Below, piece by piece: positions 12,106-22,546 of a DNA stretch of 64,000 bases. The notes beneath the pieces were generated by a model. The model saw only the letters and a program-made list of their open reading frames with translations. It was not told where the DNA came from and did not search any database. The stretch is from contig CAVRXJ010000007.1 of NCBI GenBank assembly GCA_963725095.1, positions 107,287 to 171,286 of the forward strand, in the 5' to 3' direction. Position 1 is the first letter of the stretch. Each line of letters opens with the position of its first letter. Position numbers and translations under genes: made by a program. Origin of the DNA: an uncultured Acidobacteriota bacterium (lineage in GTDB: Bacteria > Acidobacteriota > Thermoanaerobaculia > UBA5066 > Gp7-AA6).

Positions 12106-13380
12106 CTAGATCTGTGGCGGTGACCTCCGGCTGCGTTCGCGGATCTTGAGAACGAGAGCCGCAATCGAAACGACGATCAACCCGAGAGACAGGAACAGCC
12201 CGCGCTGACGGTAGTCCCGCTCCTCGAGAGCCTGATCGGCTCCGCGCAGGGCGGAACGGGCGACGGCGAGCCCGGGGCCCGTGACGTCGCGGACGGCGGC
12301 GGCGCGGAACAGATGCACCTCCGCCCGCGCCTTGGTCAGCGCCTCGTCGGCCTGGAGCAGCTCGAAGCGGATGCGCGAGACTTCCATCCCCGCCTCGGCC
12401 GCGCGGCGGATCGTCTCCCGGGCGCGCGCGGTCTCCCGTGAGAGCTCGAGCAGATCCCGCTGCATGTCTCCCGCGGCCTTGCCGCCGGCGGAGTCGGGCT
12501 CGTGGCAGGAGGCGCATCGGCTGTCCTTGCCCGGTCCCAGGAAGGCCTCGGTCGGCTTCACGATCTCGTGATTCTCGTGGCAGGTCACGCAGGCGGGCAG
12601 ACCCATGTCCAGGAAGGCCTTCGCATGCGGGCTCTCCCGAAACTTGTCGGCGAAGGTCGCGTGGCAGGTGCCGCAGACATTGGCGACCGACCCCACCTCG
12701 GGCGGCGCCGCGCCGTGATTGCCGTGGCAGGAGTTGCACGTCGGCGCCGAAGCGTCTCCCTTCTCCCGGGCCTGAAAGTGGACGCTGCGGTGGTACTTGT
12801 CGTAGATGTCCGCCGGAAGCTTGTACGGCGTCCATCCGCGCGGCGTCTCCGTGGCAGCGATTGCAGGTCTTGGCGATCATGGACGAAGACACGGGGGACC
12901 GCATGTCCTTGACGGGGAGGATCCCGTGCGCGCCGTGGCAGCTCGCGCACTGGGCGACGAGGAGGTCTCCCCCGCGCAGCTTCTGGCCGTGCACGCTGGT
13001 CCAGTACTCCGAGAGCTGATCCACGCGGATCGACGGGTTGAAGCGCTTCATGAAGGCGGCGTCGGCATGGCACTTCCCGCAGAGCAGCGGGATTTCGGTC
13101 CCCGCCGGCTTGCCGAGAAATCCCTTCCGCCGATCGTGCGCCTTCTCCTGGTCCTCCTGCGAAGGGTCGCCGCCGTGGCAGGACGCGCAGGAAAGGCCGG
13201 TCTTGATGTGGATGTCATCCGCGGCCGCCCGGGCCGGCGGCGTGAGCCTCGCGTCGTCGAGCACGAGGTGGCATTCGAGACAGCGGTTGACCGGAGGCCG
13301 GCGGCGTCTCCGGGGGCGCCGCGAACATGCGGACCGTGCCGCAGAAGAAGGGCCAGAGCGCCGGCTCGCCGCAGCTTCAT
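12106..13380 (-). CDS. Multiheme cytochrome c (9 CXXCH) with C-terminal membrane anchor (frameshifted)
   Basis: CLECH, CASCH, CGKCH, CASCH, CNRCH, CNSCH, CGTCH, CVTCH, CASCH read across frames; signal peptide; [20 protein letters not shown]. Confidence 0.85.
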
Positions 13381-14500
13381 GATGGCGTCGTCCCGGGCGG
13401 AGGGAGGAGCGAAAGCACGGTCAGGACCGCCGCGCCGAGCAGCACCAGGATCGCCGCCGCGTTCCAGATCCGGGCGCGCCGGCGTCGCGAGGAACTCCGA
13501 TCGAGCAGCGGCACGATCGTCACGACCAGAGCGAGCCCGCCCAGAGCGAGAACGCCGATCGTCTCGCCCGGCACGCCGGCGATCTTGGCGGGAAGGTACT
13601 TGAGCGCCTGGAACATCCAGAGGAAGTACCACTCGGGCCGGATGCCGGCCGGCGCCGGAGCGAAGGGATCCGCCTTGACGCCGAGCTCCCACGGGAAGAA
13701 TGCCGACAGCGCCGCGAGCAGCCCCACGGCGCCGAGCCATCCGACCATGTCGCGCAGGAGAAAGTCGGGAAGAAACGGCATCGCGGGCCGGGGCCGCTCC
13801 TCGCTTCGGCGCCCGGGGGCACGCTCATGCCGTGACGCTGAACCAGCAGCAGATGGATGCCGAGCAGCGCCGTCGTCACCGCCGGCAGGATCGCCACGTG
13901 AATGCCGTAGAAGCGGGAGAGCGTGGCTCCCGTCACATCGGCGCCGCCCCGCAGGATCCGGGAGAGCAGGGGGCCGATCCAGGGAATCTGCGCGGGCACG
14001 TCGGTCCCGACCTTGGTCGCGAAGTAGGAGATCGTGTTCCACGGCAGCAGGTATCCCGAGAAGCCGAAACCGAGCGCCAGAAAGAGAAGGAGGGCTCCCG
14101 ACATCCACGTCACCTCGCGCGGAGCGCGGTACGCCTCGAGGAAGAAGACCGAGATCGCGTGGGCGAAGACGACCCCGATGAACAGGTTTGCGCCCCAGGC
14201 GTGGATCGAGCGGATGAGCCATCCGAAGGGAACTTCGGCCATCACGTACTGGACGCTCTCGAAGGCCTCCGCGGCGCTCGGCCGGTAGTAGAGCAAGAGC
14301 AGGATGCCGGTGGAGACCTGGATCAGGAAGAGGAAGAGCGCCATGCCCCCGAGGTAGTAGAAGACGGTGTGGCGGTGGACCGGAACCTCTTTCTTCGCCG
14401 CCAGCCTGGCGATCTCGTCCAGCCCGAGGCGATCCCCCGCCCACTGCCAGAGGCTCGCCCGCGCTCCGGACGGCCGGTCTCTAGACGCGCCGGAGGACAA
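13377..14500 (-). CDS. qcrB: Cytochrome b of a Rieske/cytochrome b complex (frameshift ~13810)
   Basis: [28 protein letters not shown] and canonical PEWY. Confidence 0.9.
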
Positions 14501-14959
14501 GCCTCTCTCCGCGGACCTTGACCTCGAGCGCCGTCAGCGGGCGCGGCGGCGGACCCGGAGACGTTCGCCCCCGTTCAGGTCGTAGGTCCCGTTGTGGCAG
14601 GCGCACCAGATGTCCGAGCGCGCCGGGCGGTACTGCACCGTGCAGTCCAGGTGCGTGCACTTGGCCGTCAGCGCCCGGAACTCCCCGTCGGCGGTCCGGA
14701 GCAGCAGCACCGGCTTTCCCCCGAGCGGGATGATCCGCCCGGAGTTCGGAGGAAAGTCGGAAGCCTTCATGTCGAGCTCGAATTCCGTCAGCGACGGCTC
14801 CGACGTGACGGGCGGAACGAGGTAGCGCAACACCGGATAGAGGAATGACACAAACGTCGCCCCGAAGCTGCCGCCGAGCAGCCAGGACACCCAGCTTCGG
14901 CGAGACACCTCCGCGCCGGCCCTTTGCGGCAAGTGACCTCCCTCGTCCGATCGCGTCAT
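14481..14959 (-). CDS. qcrA: Rieske [2Fe-2S] protein (frameshift near 3' end)
   Basis: Tat-like SRRSWV; CTHLDC and CACHNG. Confidence 0.9.
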
Positions 14960-15008
14960 CCGCGCTTCACGCGCAAGCGATTATTTCTCTGAGGGGCACC
15001 CGTGAAAT

Positions 15009-15024
15009 TGATGCGTTTATCTCA
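15009..15024. promoter_or_regulatory. Motif A site (TGATGCGTTTATCTCA), degenerate
   Basis: TGA-N10-TCA copy of the recurring 16-bp palindrome, between divergent Rieske and Hsp20 genes. Confidence 0.45.
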
Positions 15025-15085
15025 TGAACCGCCGAAGGCGCCGGTGAGATTATTTTCCGCTGGAGAAAGAACAAGGAGGGTCATC

Positions 15086-15572
15086 ATGAACTTCAATCTC
15101 ATTCGTCGCGAGCCCAATTTCCCGGTGTTCCGTCCGTTTGGGGAGACTCCGTTCTTCCGTGAAATGGAGGAGATGTCGGATCGCCTCAACCGCATCTTTC
15201 GCAACGACCCGTCCCTACGAGAAGGAGGCGTTGAAGGTGGCGGAGTGGGCGCCCGTCGTCGACATCCAGGAAACGGAGACGGAGTATCTGGTCAAGGCGG
15301 ATCTTCCGGAGGTCGAGAAGAAGGACGTGCAGGTGACGGTGCAGGAGGGCGTCCTCACCATCCAGGGAGAGCGGAAGCAGGAGAAGGAGGAGAAGGGCAG
15401 GAAGTTTCACCGGGTCGAGCGGTCCTACGGGACGTTCCTCAGAACATTCACCGTTCCCGAGGATGCGGAGGAAACCAAGGTCACCGCGGACTTCAAAGAC
15501 GGCGTCTTGAGGGTTCATCTTCCCAAGACGGAGAAACCGCGCTCCAAAGCCATCGAAGTCAAAGTGGTCTAG
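15086..15572 (+). CDS. Hsp20/alpha-crystallin small heat-shock protein (frameshift ~15215)
   Basis: WAPVVDIQET, ADLPEV, LTIQGERK, ERSYGTFLRTF, FKDGVLRVHLPK; RBS AAGGAGG. Confidence 0.93.
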
Positions 15573-16062
15573 GTCCTCGCCCCCGGGCAGTGCCGCCCTT
15601 CGCGGCGGCTCGAGCGGCCGGATCTTCCGGCCGCTCTTCCTTTTCCGGAGGATCCCTCCGGCCGGGCGCGATTCGAATCCGCCGCCGAGGACCTCGCCGC
15701 AGTGGCTGAGCCAGGTCCGCGTCGGAGAACTCCTCCCAGCCGCGGCAACCGCCGGCGCCGTTGCGCTGCGCGTCGCAGGCGAAGCCGACGCGGCGGCGGA
15801 TCTGCTCGGCGAGCTGCCAGACGTTGGCCAGTTCCTCCATTTGCGCGCGCGAGAGGTGCGTGCTGCGCCCGAGGGCGCCCTTCCACCGCCGGTCGAATTC
15901 CGAGGCGGGCCAGCGCTGGAATCCGTGACAGAAGATGCCCCGCTCGGCGGCGATCTGGCAAATCGAGTGCTCGTCGTCGGTGAGCTTCTGCAGGGCGACA
16001 CGCAGACGCGAGATCGCCTCCTCCCGCGTCCAGGTCTCCGGCTCGGGGCTTTCCCCGTTCAT
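15559..16062 (-). CDS. Cys-rich hypothetical protein, paralogue of 59788-60219
   Basis: MNGESPEPETWTREEA..EHSIC..GIFCHGF..CD..CRGW; ATGA overlap with upstream gene; two compensating indels near 15690-15710. Confidence 0.75.
   Translation of the reverse strand: MNGESPEPETWTREEAISRLRVALQKLTDDEHSICQIAAERGIFCHGFQRWPASEFDRRWKGALGRSTHLSRAQMEELANVWQLAEQIRRRVGFACDAQRNGAGGCRGWEEFSDADLAQPLRRGPRRRIRIAPGRRDPPEKEERPEDPAARAAAKGGTARGRGPRPL
15612..15644 (+). terminator. Probable intrinsic terminator after hsp20
   Basis: GAGCGGCCGGA-TCT-TCCGGCCGCTC (11-bp stem) followed by TTCCTTTT. Confidence 0.65.
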
Positions 16063-16631
16063 GCCGAGCGGGACCGCCGGGGCTCCGTGCGCAGCGGATC
16101 GTCCAGGACGAGGTCCGGATGGAGGGCCCGGAAGGACTCGGCCATGTGGCAGTTCCAGCAGACGCGGTAGTGGGTCTGAAGGACCTGCGGGAGGGTTTCC
16201 GGGGCGACCTCGTCCCATTCCATCCGGACGCGATCGGGGCTCATGAGGACGGGCTTGTGCTCGCTCCACTGGATCGGGCCGAACTCGACGCCGCAGAGCG
16301 CGCAGTGCTCGTCCTTGTACCAGTCGGTCAGCATCGTTCGGACGAGGCACTCTTCCGGCGCCGCCTCGATCTGGGCCAGGCACTCCTGGCCGCAGTCCTG
16401 GCGCTCCGGCCACCGGGAGCAGGACTGGAGACGCAGGTCGGCCTCTCCCGTCACGCCGGTCACGGCCGCATGCGCCGCGTCGAGCTCCACGGCGACCGGG
16501 CGCCGGGTTTCGGGGCAGGTGACCACCCGGGTTCCCCGAAAGCTTCCGGTAGGCGCGCAGGACGAGCCAGCGCCAGCGGAATGAGGGAAACGCACAAAGG
16601 CAATCGCGAAGATGACGAAGAGGGCATTCAT
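16059..16631 (-). CDS. Membrane-anchored Cys-rich hypothetical protein, probably metal-binding
   Basis: Hydrophobic N-terminus; TCPET, CSRWP..DC..EC, CALC, CWNCH; RBS GAGGTGAGG. Confidence 0.75.
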   Translation of the reverse strand: MNALFVIFAIAFVRFPHSAGAGSSCAPTGSFRGTRVVTCPETRRPVAVELDAAHAAVTGVTGEADLRLQSCSRWPERQDCGQECLAQIEAAPEECLVRTMLTDWYKDEHCALCGVEFGPIQWSEHKPVLMSPDRVRMEWDEVAPETLPQVLQTHYRVCWNCHMAESFRALHPDLVLDDPLRTEPRRSRSA

Positions 16632-16681
16632 GACCTCACCTCTGGATACTCAATTTCGGCCTGCGCGCGGCGCCTTTGCAA

Positions 16682-16697
16682 TGATGCAAACCCATCA
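16682..16697. promoter_or_regulatory. Motif A site (TGATGCAAACCCATCA)
   Basis: Intergenic, about 50 bp upstream of the 16631 start codon. Confidence 0.6.
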
Positions 16698-16725
16698 AGC
16701 CTCCTGCTCCGCCGTCTCCCGGCAG

Positions 16726-17378
16726 TCACCAGCCGAGCGCGGAGACGGCAATTCCGACGGACGCGATGACGCCGCCGGCGGCCGCATCGCCGTAGCGGTC
16801 CAGCCATGCCGCCCGAAAGCGTCGGGCGCCGCCGGCGGCCGGAAGGACGAGCGCCGCCATCGTTCCCAGTGTCGCCACTTCGTAGAGCAGGACGATCCCG
16901 AGCGTGGGGCCGGCACCGAGCGGTGCCGCCGCGAACAACAGCGGGATCACCGCGACGCACGGGTCCGCCGAGAAGAGGAGAAAGAGCGTCCAGACGGTCG
17001 TGCGGGACGGATCGTGGACGTGGTCGTAGTGCGCGTGGGCGTGCCCGTGGAGCTTGCGGCCCGCGGCCCGCCGAAGGCCCCAGAGTGCGTAGGCGAGCCC
17101 GAATCCGACGAGCAGAAGCAGCCGGCGATCCCCTCCATGCGGCGTCCGAAGGCCTCCACCATCCGCAGCCCGAAGAACAGGCCGGCGAGACCGAGGAGCG
17201 CCGACACGGTGACGTGGCCGAAGCCGCAGAGCAGCGTGATCCGCAGCGTCCGGCCGGCGGACCAGCCGCGGCTGCGCGCCAGCGCGGCAAAGGGCACCCA
17301 GTGATCCGGCGCGAGCGTGTGGAGGCTGCCGACCGTGACGGCGGCCAGGGCGAGCGCGCCAAACAGGGCCGAGTTCAT
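16726..17378 (-). CDS. Nickel permease-like membrane protein, UreH/NiCoT/RcnA-type (frameshift ~17120)
   Basis: HTLAPDH motif, GFGH, His-rich loop HGHAHAHYDHVH; last gene of the hyp operon. Confidence 0.7.
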
Positions 17379-18101
17379 CGGCCCGACCCGAACCGCATCG
17401 GCGGACTGCGGCGGCGTGGAGAACCGGCGCGCTCGAGCCACGCGATCCACTCGGAGAGGCCCTCGCCGCTCTCGCGCGGAGATCGGAAGGAGCGCCGGAA
17501 CCGGATTCACCCGCGCCAGCGCGTCGCGAACCGCGTCGAGGCGATAGCGGGAAAGGTGCGGCAGCAGGTCGGTCTTCGTCAGCAGCACGAGATCCGCCGT
17601 GCGGAACATGACGGGGTACTTGAGGGGCTTGTCCTCCCCTTCCGTCACCGAAAGCGCGACGACGTTGGCGGCCTGCCCGAGGTCGTAGATCGCGGGACAG
17701 ACCAGGTTTCCGACGTTCTCGATGAAGAGCAGGTCGAGATCCTGCCAGGGAAAGTCGTGGAGCGCCCGGTGCACGAGCTCGGCGTCCAGGTGGCAGGCCG
17801 AGCCGGTCGTGATCGCCACGGACGGAATGCCGGCCGCGCGCAGCCGCTGCGCGTCGCGGTCGGTCTCGAGGTCCCCGGCCACCGCTCCGATCCGCGCCCG
17901 CTCCCCGAGCCGACGCGCGGTCGCCTCGAGGATCGCCGTCTTGCCCGCGCCCGGCGAGCCCATCAGGTTGACGGCGAAGACCTTCCGATGCAAGAAATGC
18001 TCGCGGTTGTGTCCCGCCGTCCGATCGTTTCCCGCGAGGATACGGTCGTGCACCTCCACGGGAACCAGTTCCGGGTCTCCGCAGCCGCAGGTGCCGCACA
18101 T
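17375..18101 (-). CDS. hypB: Hydrogenase nickel-insertion GTPase HypB (frameshift ~17470)
   Basis: MCGTCGC, GSPGAGKT, CHLDA, ENVGNLVCP, EGEDKPLKYP, TKTD. Confidence 0.96.
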
Positions 18102-18448
18102 CACGCCACCTCCATCTCGATGCGCTCCAACACGATCTCGTCTCCCTCGGCCAGGCGCGCCGGCGCGCCGCACCGCGCGCACGCGAGGATCGCGCCGCGC
18201 GGGATCCCCTGCCGGCAGCGCGGGCAATCCCACCGCGCGGCGACCGGGAGGATCGTCAGCGGCGCCCCCTCGCAGACCGTCCGCTCGCGAAACGTGTCGT
18301 AGGCCGTGGCCAGCAGATCCGGCTCCACCCCGGCGAGCTCCCCGATCGAAACGAGCACGCCGCGAACGGCGGTCGCCTTCCGGTCCCGGGCGAGCTCCTC
18401 CACGCGTTCGATCAGCGCCTGAACGATCGAGTACTCGTGCATCCTCAT
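18101..18448 (-). CDS. hypA: Hydrogenase nickel metallochaperone HypA
   Basis: MHEYSI, GELAGVEP, CPRC..CARC, EGDE. Confidence 0.95.
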   Translation of the reverse strand: MRMHEYSIVQALIERVEELARDRKATAVRGVLVSIGELAGVEPDLLATAYDTFRERTVCEGAPLTILPVAARWDCPRCRQGIPRGAILACARCGAPARLAEGDEIVLERIEMEVA

Positions 18449-19275
18449 CTCCCCCGGAAATTCGCCGCGCGGCGCCCGAAGAACCCTTCGAGCCCCTCCG
18501 CGAAGTCGCTCGTGTCCGCGATCCGCGCGAGCTCCTCGAGCTCCCGGTCGAGGTGGTAGTCGAGCCGGTCGCCGCCGTCGGCCTGGTGCACGAGGCGCTT
18601 GGCGACGCCGAAGGCCTCCGTCGGCCCTTCCGCGAGCCGCCGCGCCACGGCGAGGACGTCCTGCGTGAAGGTCTCCTCCGGAAACACGCCGTTGATCAGG
18701 CCCATGCTGAGCGCGGTCTCGGCGTTCAGACGGGGATTCAGGAACACGAGCTCCATGGCGCGGCGCAGGCCCAGCAGGCGCGGCAGAAAGAACGTGGAGC
18801 TCTCCGCCCCGGTCAGGCCCGTCTTGCCGTAGGCCCATTCGAAGGAAGCGCGGGGCGTCGCGTACACGAGGTCGCACGCCATGGCGATGCCGAACCCCCC
18901 GGCCGCCGCGACGCCGTCGACCGCCGCGACGAAGGGCTTGGGCGCGCGCTGGATCTCGGAGATGGCGCTGTGGATGTACTCGAGGATCTGCTTGAAGATC
19001 TCGCCGTAGCCCGCGGGCGTCGCGCGGCTGCCCTGGAGGTAGGAGAGATCGGATCCCTCCCCTCCGGAGCGGATCGACTTCAGATCGGCGCCGCTGCAGA
19101 AGACGCCGGGCTGGCCGCGCAGCACGACCGCGCGCAGCTCCGCGTCGCGGGCGCAGAGCAGTCCCGCCTTGCGAAATTCCTGCGCGGTCTCGACGTCGAG
19201 CGCGTTGAAGCGTTCCGGACGCTGGATCGTGATGATCCCGACCGGCCCGTCCCGTTCGACGAGGATCGCGGTCAT
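18445..19275 (-). CDS. Enoyl-CoA hydratase/isomerase (crotonase) family protein; candidate HypX C-domain equivalent
   Basis: RPERFNALD, FCSGADL, VAAVDGVAAAGG, AYGKTGLTGAESSTFFLPRLLG; ATGA overlaps on both sides within the hyp operon. Confidence 0.88.
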   Translation of the reverse strand: MTAILVERDGPVGIITIQRPERFNALDVETAQEFRKAGLLCARDAELRAVVLRGQPGVFCSGADLKSIRSGGEGSDLSYLQGSRATPAGYGEIFKQILEYIHSAISEIQRAPKPFVAAVDGVAAAGGFGIAMACDLVYATPRASFEWAYGKTGLTGAESSTFFLPRLLGLRRAMELVFLNPRLNAETALSMGLINGVFPEETFTQDVLAVARRLAEGPTEAFGVAKRLVHQADGGDRLDYHLDRELEELARIADTSDFAEGLEGFFGRRAANFRGR

Positions 19276-20087
19276 GGGGCCACCTCGGGCGCGGCGGGAA
19301 AGGTTCGTGGAATCGCGAGGTTGGACTCGATCAGGGCTCCCTGATCCGAGAGGCTCCGGAGGGGCGGCCTCTCCCCCGCCGCCGACCTGCCGAGCGGGAT
19401 CCGGCCGGACGCCGCCAGTCGGACGACGCTCTTCCCGAGCGGCCCCCAGGCTTCGTGGAGCATCCATTCCTGATGCGCAAAGACATACGCCTTGAGCATC
19501 CGCTCGTCGCCCCGGGCGCGCGCCGCCTCCGCGAGCGGCGAGACCGGGAACGCGCGCGAGCGCAGGATCGGCGGGCCGTCATCCACGGAGGCTGTGACGA
19601 AGTGCGCCGTCGCGCGCGTCTCCCGCTCCCCGGCGAAGATCGCGTGCTCGACGGCCCGCAGGCCCGGATAACGCGGCTCGCCCGACGCGGTCGACACCGT
19701 CAGATCGCTCCCGTGGATGTTGACGATCCGGCGCGGATACGCCGCCAGCATCGGACGCGTCAGGATGAGCAGGTAGCCCGACAGAAGGACCAGATCGGGC
19801 CGAAAGGCTCGGAGCAATTCGGCCGTCTGCCGATCGTACTCGCATCGCGCCGCCAGATCGCGGAGGCCGAAGTGACCGCGCGCGCAGAACCGTCGGAACG
19901 GATGGACGGCGACCGGGACGCCGGCCTCCTCGATCGCCGCGGCGTCCCGGAAGTCCTCCTCCGACGCCAGCACGCCGGAGAGCACGAAGAGGCTGCCGCG
20001 CAACGGGTCGGACAGCAGATCGCGGATCCCCGGCGCCCGGTGGGACGCCAGCACGGCCACGCGCAGCGGTTGCCGGGTTCTCAACAT
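19272..20087 (-). CDS. N10-formyl-THF-dependent formyltransferase, PurN-like; candidate HypX N-domain equivalent
   Basis: RVAVLAS, PDLVLLSGYLLIL, RIVNIHGSD, TAHFVTASVDDGP (Asn-x-His and Asp catalytic set); start overlaps the hypE stop. Confidence 0.88.
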   Translation of the reverse strand: MLRTRQPLRVAVLASHRAPGIRDLLSDPLRGSLFVLSGVLASEEDFRDAAAIEEAGVPVAVHPFRRFCARGHFGLRDLAARCEYDRQTAELLRAFRPDLVLLSGYLLILTRPMLAAYPRRIVNIHGSDLTVSTASGEPRYPGLRAVEHAIFAGERETRATAHFVTASVDDGPPILRSRAFPVSPLAEAARARGDERMLKAYVFAHQEWMLHEAWGPLGKSVVRLAASGRIPLGRSAAGERPPLRSLSDQGALIESNLAIPRTFPAAPEVAP

Positions 20088-21119
20088 ATCCGCGGCAGCG
20101 GCTCGCCTTCCGGCTCCGCGAGCAGACGCCGGCCGAATCCGGTGTCCAGAATGACGTTGCCCGGGCGCTCGGTGACACACGTGCCAACGATCGCGGCGTT
20201 GCGCCCCAACGGATGGGACCGGAGAGCCTCGAGCACGCGCTCCGCGGCCTCCGGCCGCACGCCGAGGACGGCCTTGCCTTCGTTGGCCACGTGCACCGGG
20301 TCGATGCCCGTCAGCTCCGCCGCGGCGCGCACGGCCTCGGTGACCGGAATCGCCGGTTCCTCCAGAAGAATCCCCACACCGCTCTTGCCGGCCATCTCGT
20401 GCAGCGCCGAGGAGAGCCCGCCGCGGGTCGGGTCCTTCATGGCCACGATCGCGCCGGAGGCGGCGGCGAGCGCGCCGCGGATCAGGCCGTTGATCGGCGC
20501 CACGTCGGAGGCGAGATCCCCCTCGAGCTCGAGGCCGTGGCGCGCCGCGAGGATGGCGAAACCGTGGTCGCCGACCGTGCCCGTGACGAGGATGCGGTCG
20601 CCGGGCGAGAGGCCGGCGTCCGGGATCACCCGATCGGTCAGGCCCACGCCCGACGTGTTGAGAACGATGCCGTCGATCTCGCCGCGTCCCATCACCTTCG
20701 TGTCCCCGGTGACGACCCTCGCTCCGGCCTCGACGCAGGCCGGCGCGGATCGACTCCTGGATGCGCTCGAGGTCCGTGCGCGGGAATCCCTCTTCCAGGA
20801 TCGCCGCGCAGGTCAGCCCCAGAACCTCGGTCGCCCCCATCATCGCGAGGTCGTTGACCGTGCCGGACACCGAGAGGCGACCGATGTCGCCGCCCGGGAA
20901 GAAGATCGGGTGCACGACGTGCGAGTCGGTCGTGAGGACGAGCCAGCGGTCGCCGACCCGGATCGCGGCGCCGTCGTCCATCGCCGCGGGCCCGATCCCG
21001 TCGAAGGGCTCCTCCGTGAATCCCTTGAGGAACACCTCTTCGATCAGCGCGCGCATCGCCCTTCCGCCGGCGCCCTGCTTGAGCGTGACGCGCTCCTCGG
21101 CCACGAGCAGGCTCTTCAC
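20081..21119 (-). CDS. hypE: Carbamoyl dehydratase HypE (frameshift ~20740)
   Basis: GAGGRAM, TTDSHVV.PIFFPGGDIG, GTVNDLAM, DPTRGG, ANEG and C-terminal PRIC. Confidence 0.96.
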
Positions 21120-22259
21120 GCGCTGACCCCCAGGTCCGGATGTCCGCCGTACTGGTGCCAGATCTTGCAGGTCCCTTCCGAGGACACCATGCAGGCGCCC
21201 ACCGGGTTGTCGGGAATGCATTCCCTGCCGAAGAGCGCGCAGTCGTCCGGCGACGCGATGCCCGACATGATGTCGCCGCAGATGCAGCTCGAGACCAGCG
21301 CGGGCGGGCCGTAGTCCCAGAGCCCCGCGAGGTCGATCGGGAAGCGCCGCCGGGCGTCCCAGGACGCCCACTCCTCGCGCAGGCGCAGGTTGCCGTTGGG
21401 GACGTGCGCGATGCCCCGCCAGCGCCCCCCGACCGGCCGGAACACGCTCCAGAGTTGCTCCTGCGCGCGCAGGTTCCCCTCGCGGGTGACGCAGCGCGGG
21501 AACATGTTGACGACGCGCGGCGTCCGGTCGCGGACGAGCTCCACGAGCCTCGCCAGGCCCGCCAGGATGTCGAGCGGCTCGAAGCCGGCGACGACGACCG
21601 GAATGCCATGCCGCTCGACGAAGCGCTCGAAGATGCCCCAGCCCGTGATCGTCGCGGCGTGGCCGGCGGCCAGGAATCCTTCGACCCGCGTCTCGGGCAT
21701 CTCGGCGACGATTTCCATGACGGGCGGGATGTACTTGTGCGCCGAGAGGACCGAGAAGTTCTCGGGCGGGCCGGCCTTGAGGACCGCGGCGGTGGCGACC
21801 GCCGTCGTCTCGAAGCCCGTCGCGAAGAAGACGACCGGCTCCGTCGTGCCGCGGGCGAGCTCCACGGCCTGCGCCGCGCTGTAGACGACGCGGACGTCGG
21901 CCCCGTCGGCCTGCGCGTCGGCGAGCGACTGCACCGTTCCCCGCACCTTCACCATGTCGCCGTACGTGGCGATGGTCACTCCCTGCCGGGCGAGCACGAC
22001 GCCCTCGTCCACTTCCGGCACGTCCGTGATGCAGACCGGGCAGCCGGGGCCCATGATCACGTTCAGGTTCCTGGGGAAGGCGGCCCGCAGTCCGAACTTC
22101 GCGATCGCCTGCTCGTGGCTGCCGCAGACGTGCATGACCGAGACCGGCGAACGGCCGATCTCGTCGGTGACACGGGCGATCTGGTCCGGCGAGCCGTCGC
22201 GCCAGGTCCGGATCGCGGAAGCGAACCCGGGCCAACCCGGCCTCGGCCGCGCGGCTCAC
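21116..22259 (-). CDS. hypD: Hydrogenase maturation protein HypD (frameshift ~22190)
   Basis: HVCGSH, GPGCPVC, GFETT, GACMVSSEGTC. Confidence 0.96.
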
Positions 22260-22546
22260 GACGGCTCCTCCCGCTCCGTGCCTTCGATCTCGCCGCGAAC
22301 GTCCGAGGCCATGAGGTCGTCCTTCGACGCCTCGGCGAGCAGCGTCTCGTAGAGCGCGAGCGTCTCGCCGATTTCCGCCTCCGGTATGCGCCGGATCGCG
22401 AACCCGACGTGATTGAGGATGTAGTCGCCGGGCGCGACCGGCTGATCCACGATGTCCAGCCGCACCTGGCGGCGCACGCCGAAGAAGTCGACCGTGGCGC
22501 AGCTCCCGTCGACCGAGACGACCCGTCCCGGCACACCGAGGCACAT
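22256..22546 (-). CDS. hypC: Hydrogenase chaperone HypC
   Basis: MCLGVPG, GDYILNHVGFAI. Confidence 0.96.
   Translation of the reverse strand: MCLGVPGRVVSVDGSCATVDFFGVRRQVRLDIVDQPVAPGDYILNHVGFAIRRIPEAEIGETLALYETLLAEASKDDLMASDVRGEIEGTEREEPS

Noticed and set aside
16140-16165. CWNCH as a heme c site
   Set aside because: It pairs plausibly with CALC as a Zn site and export is not evident, so it is not called a cytochrome.
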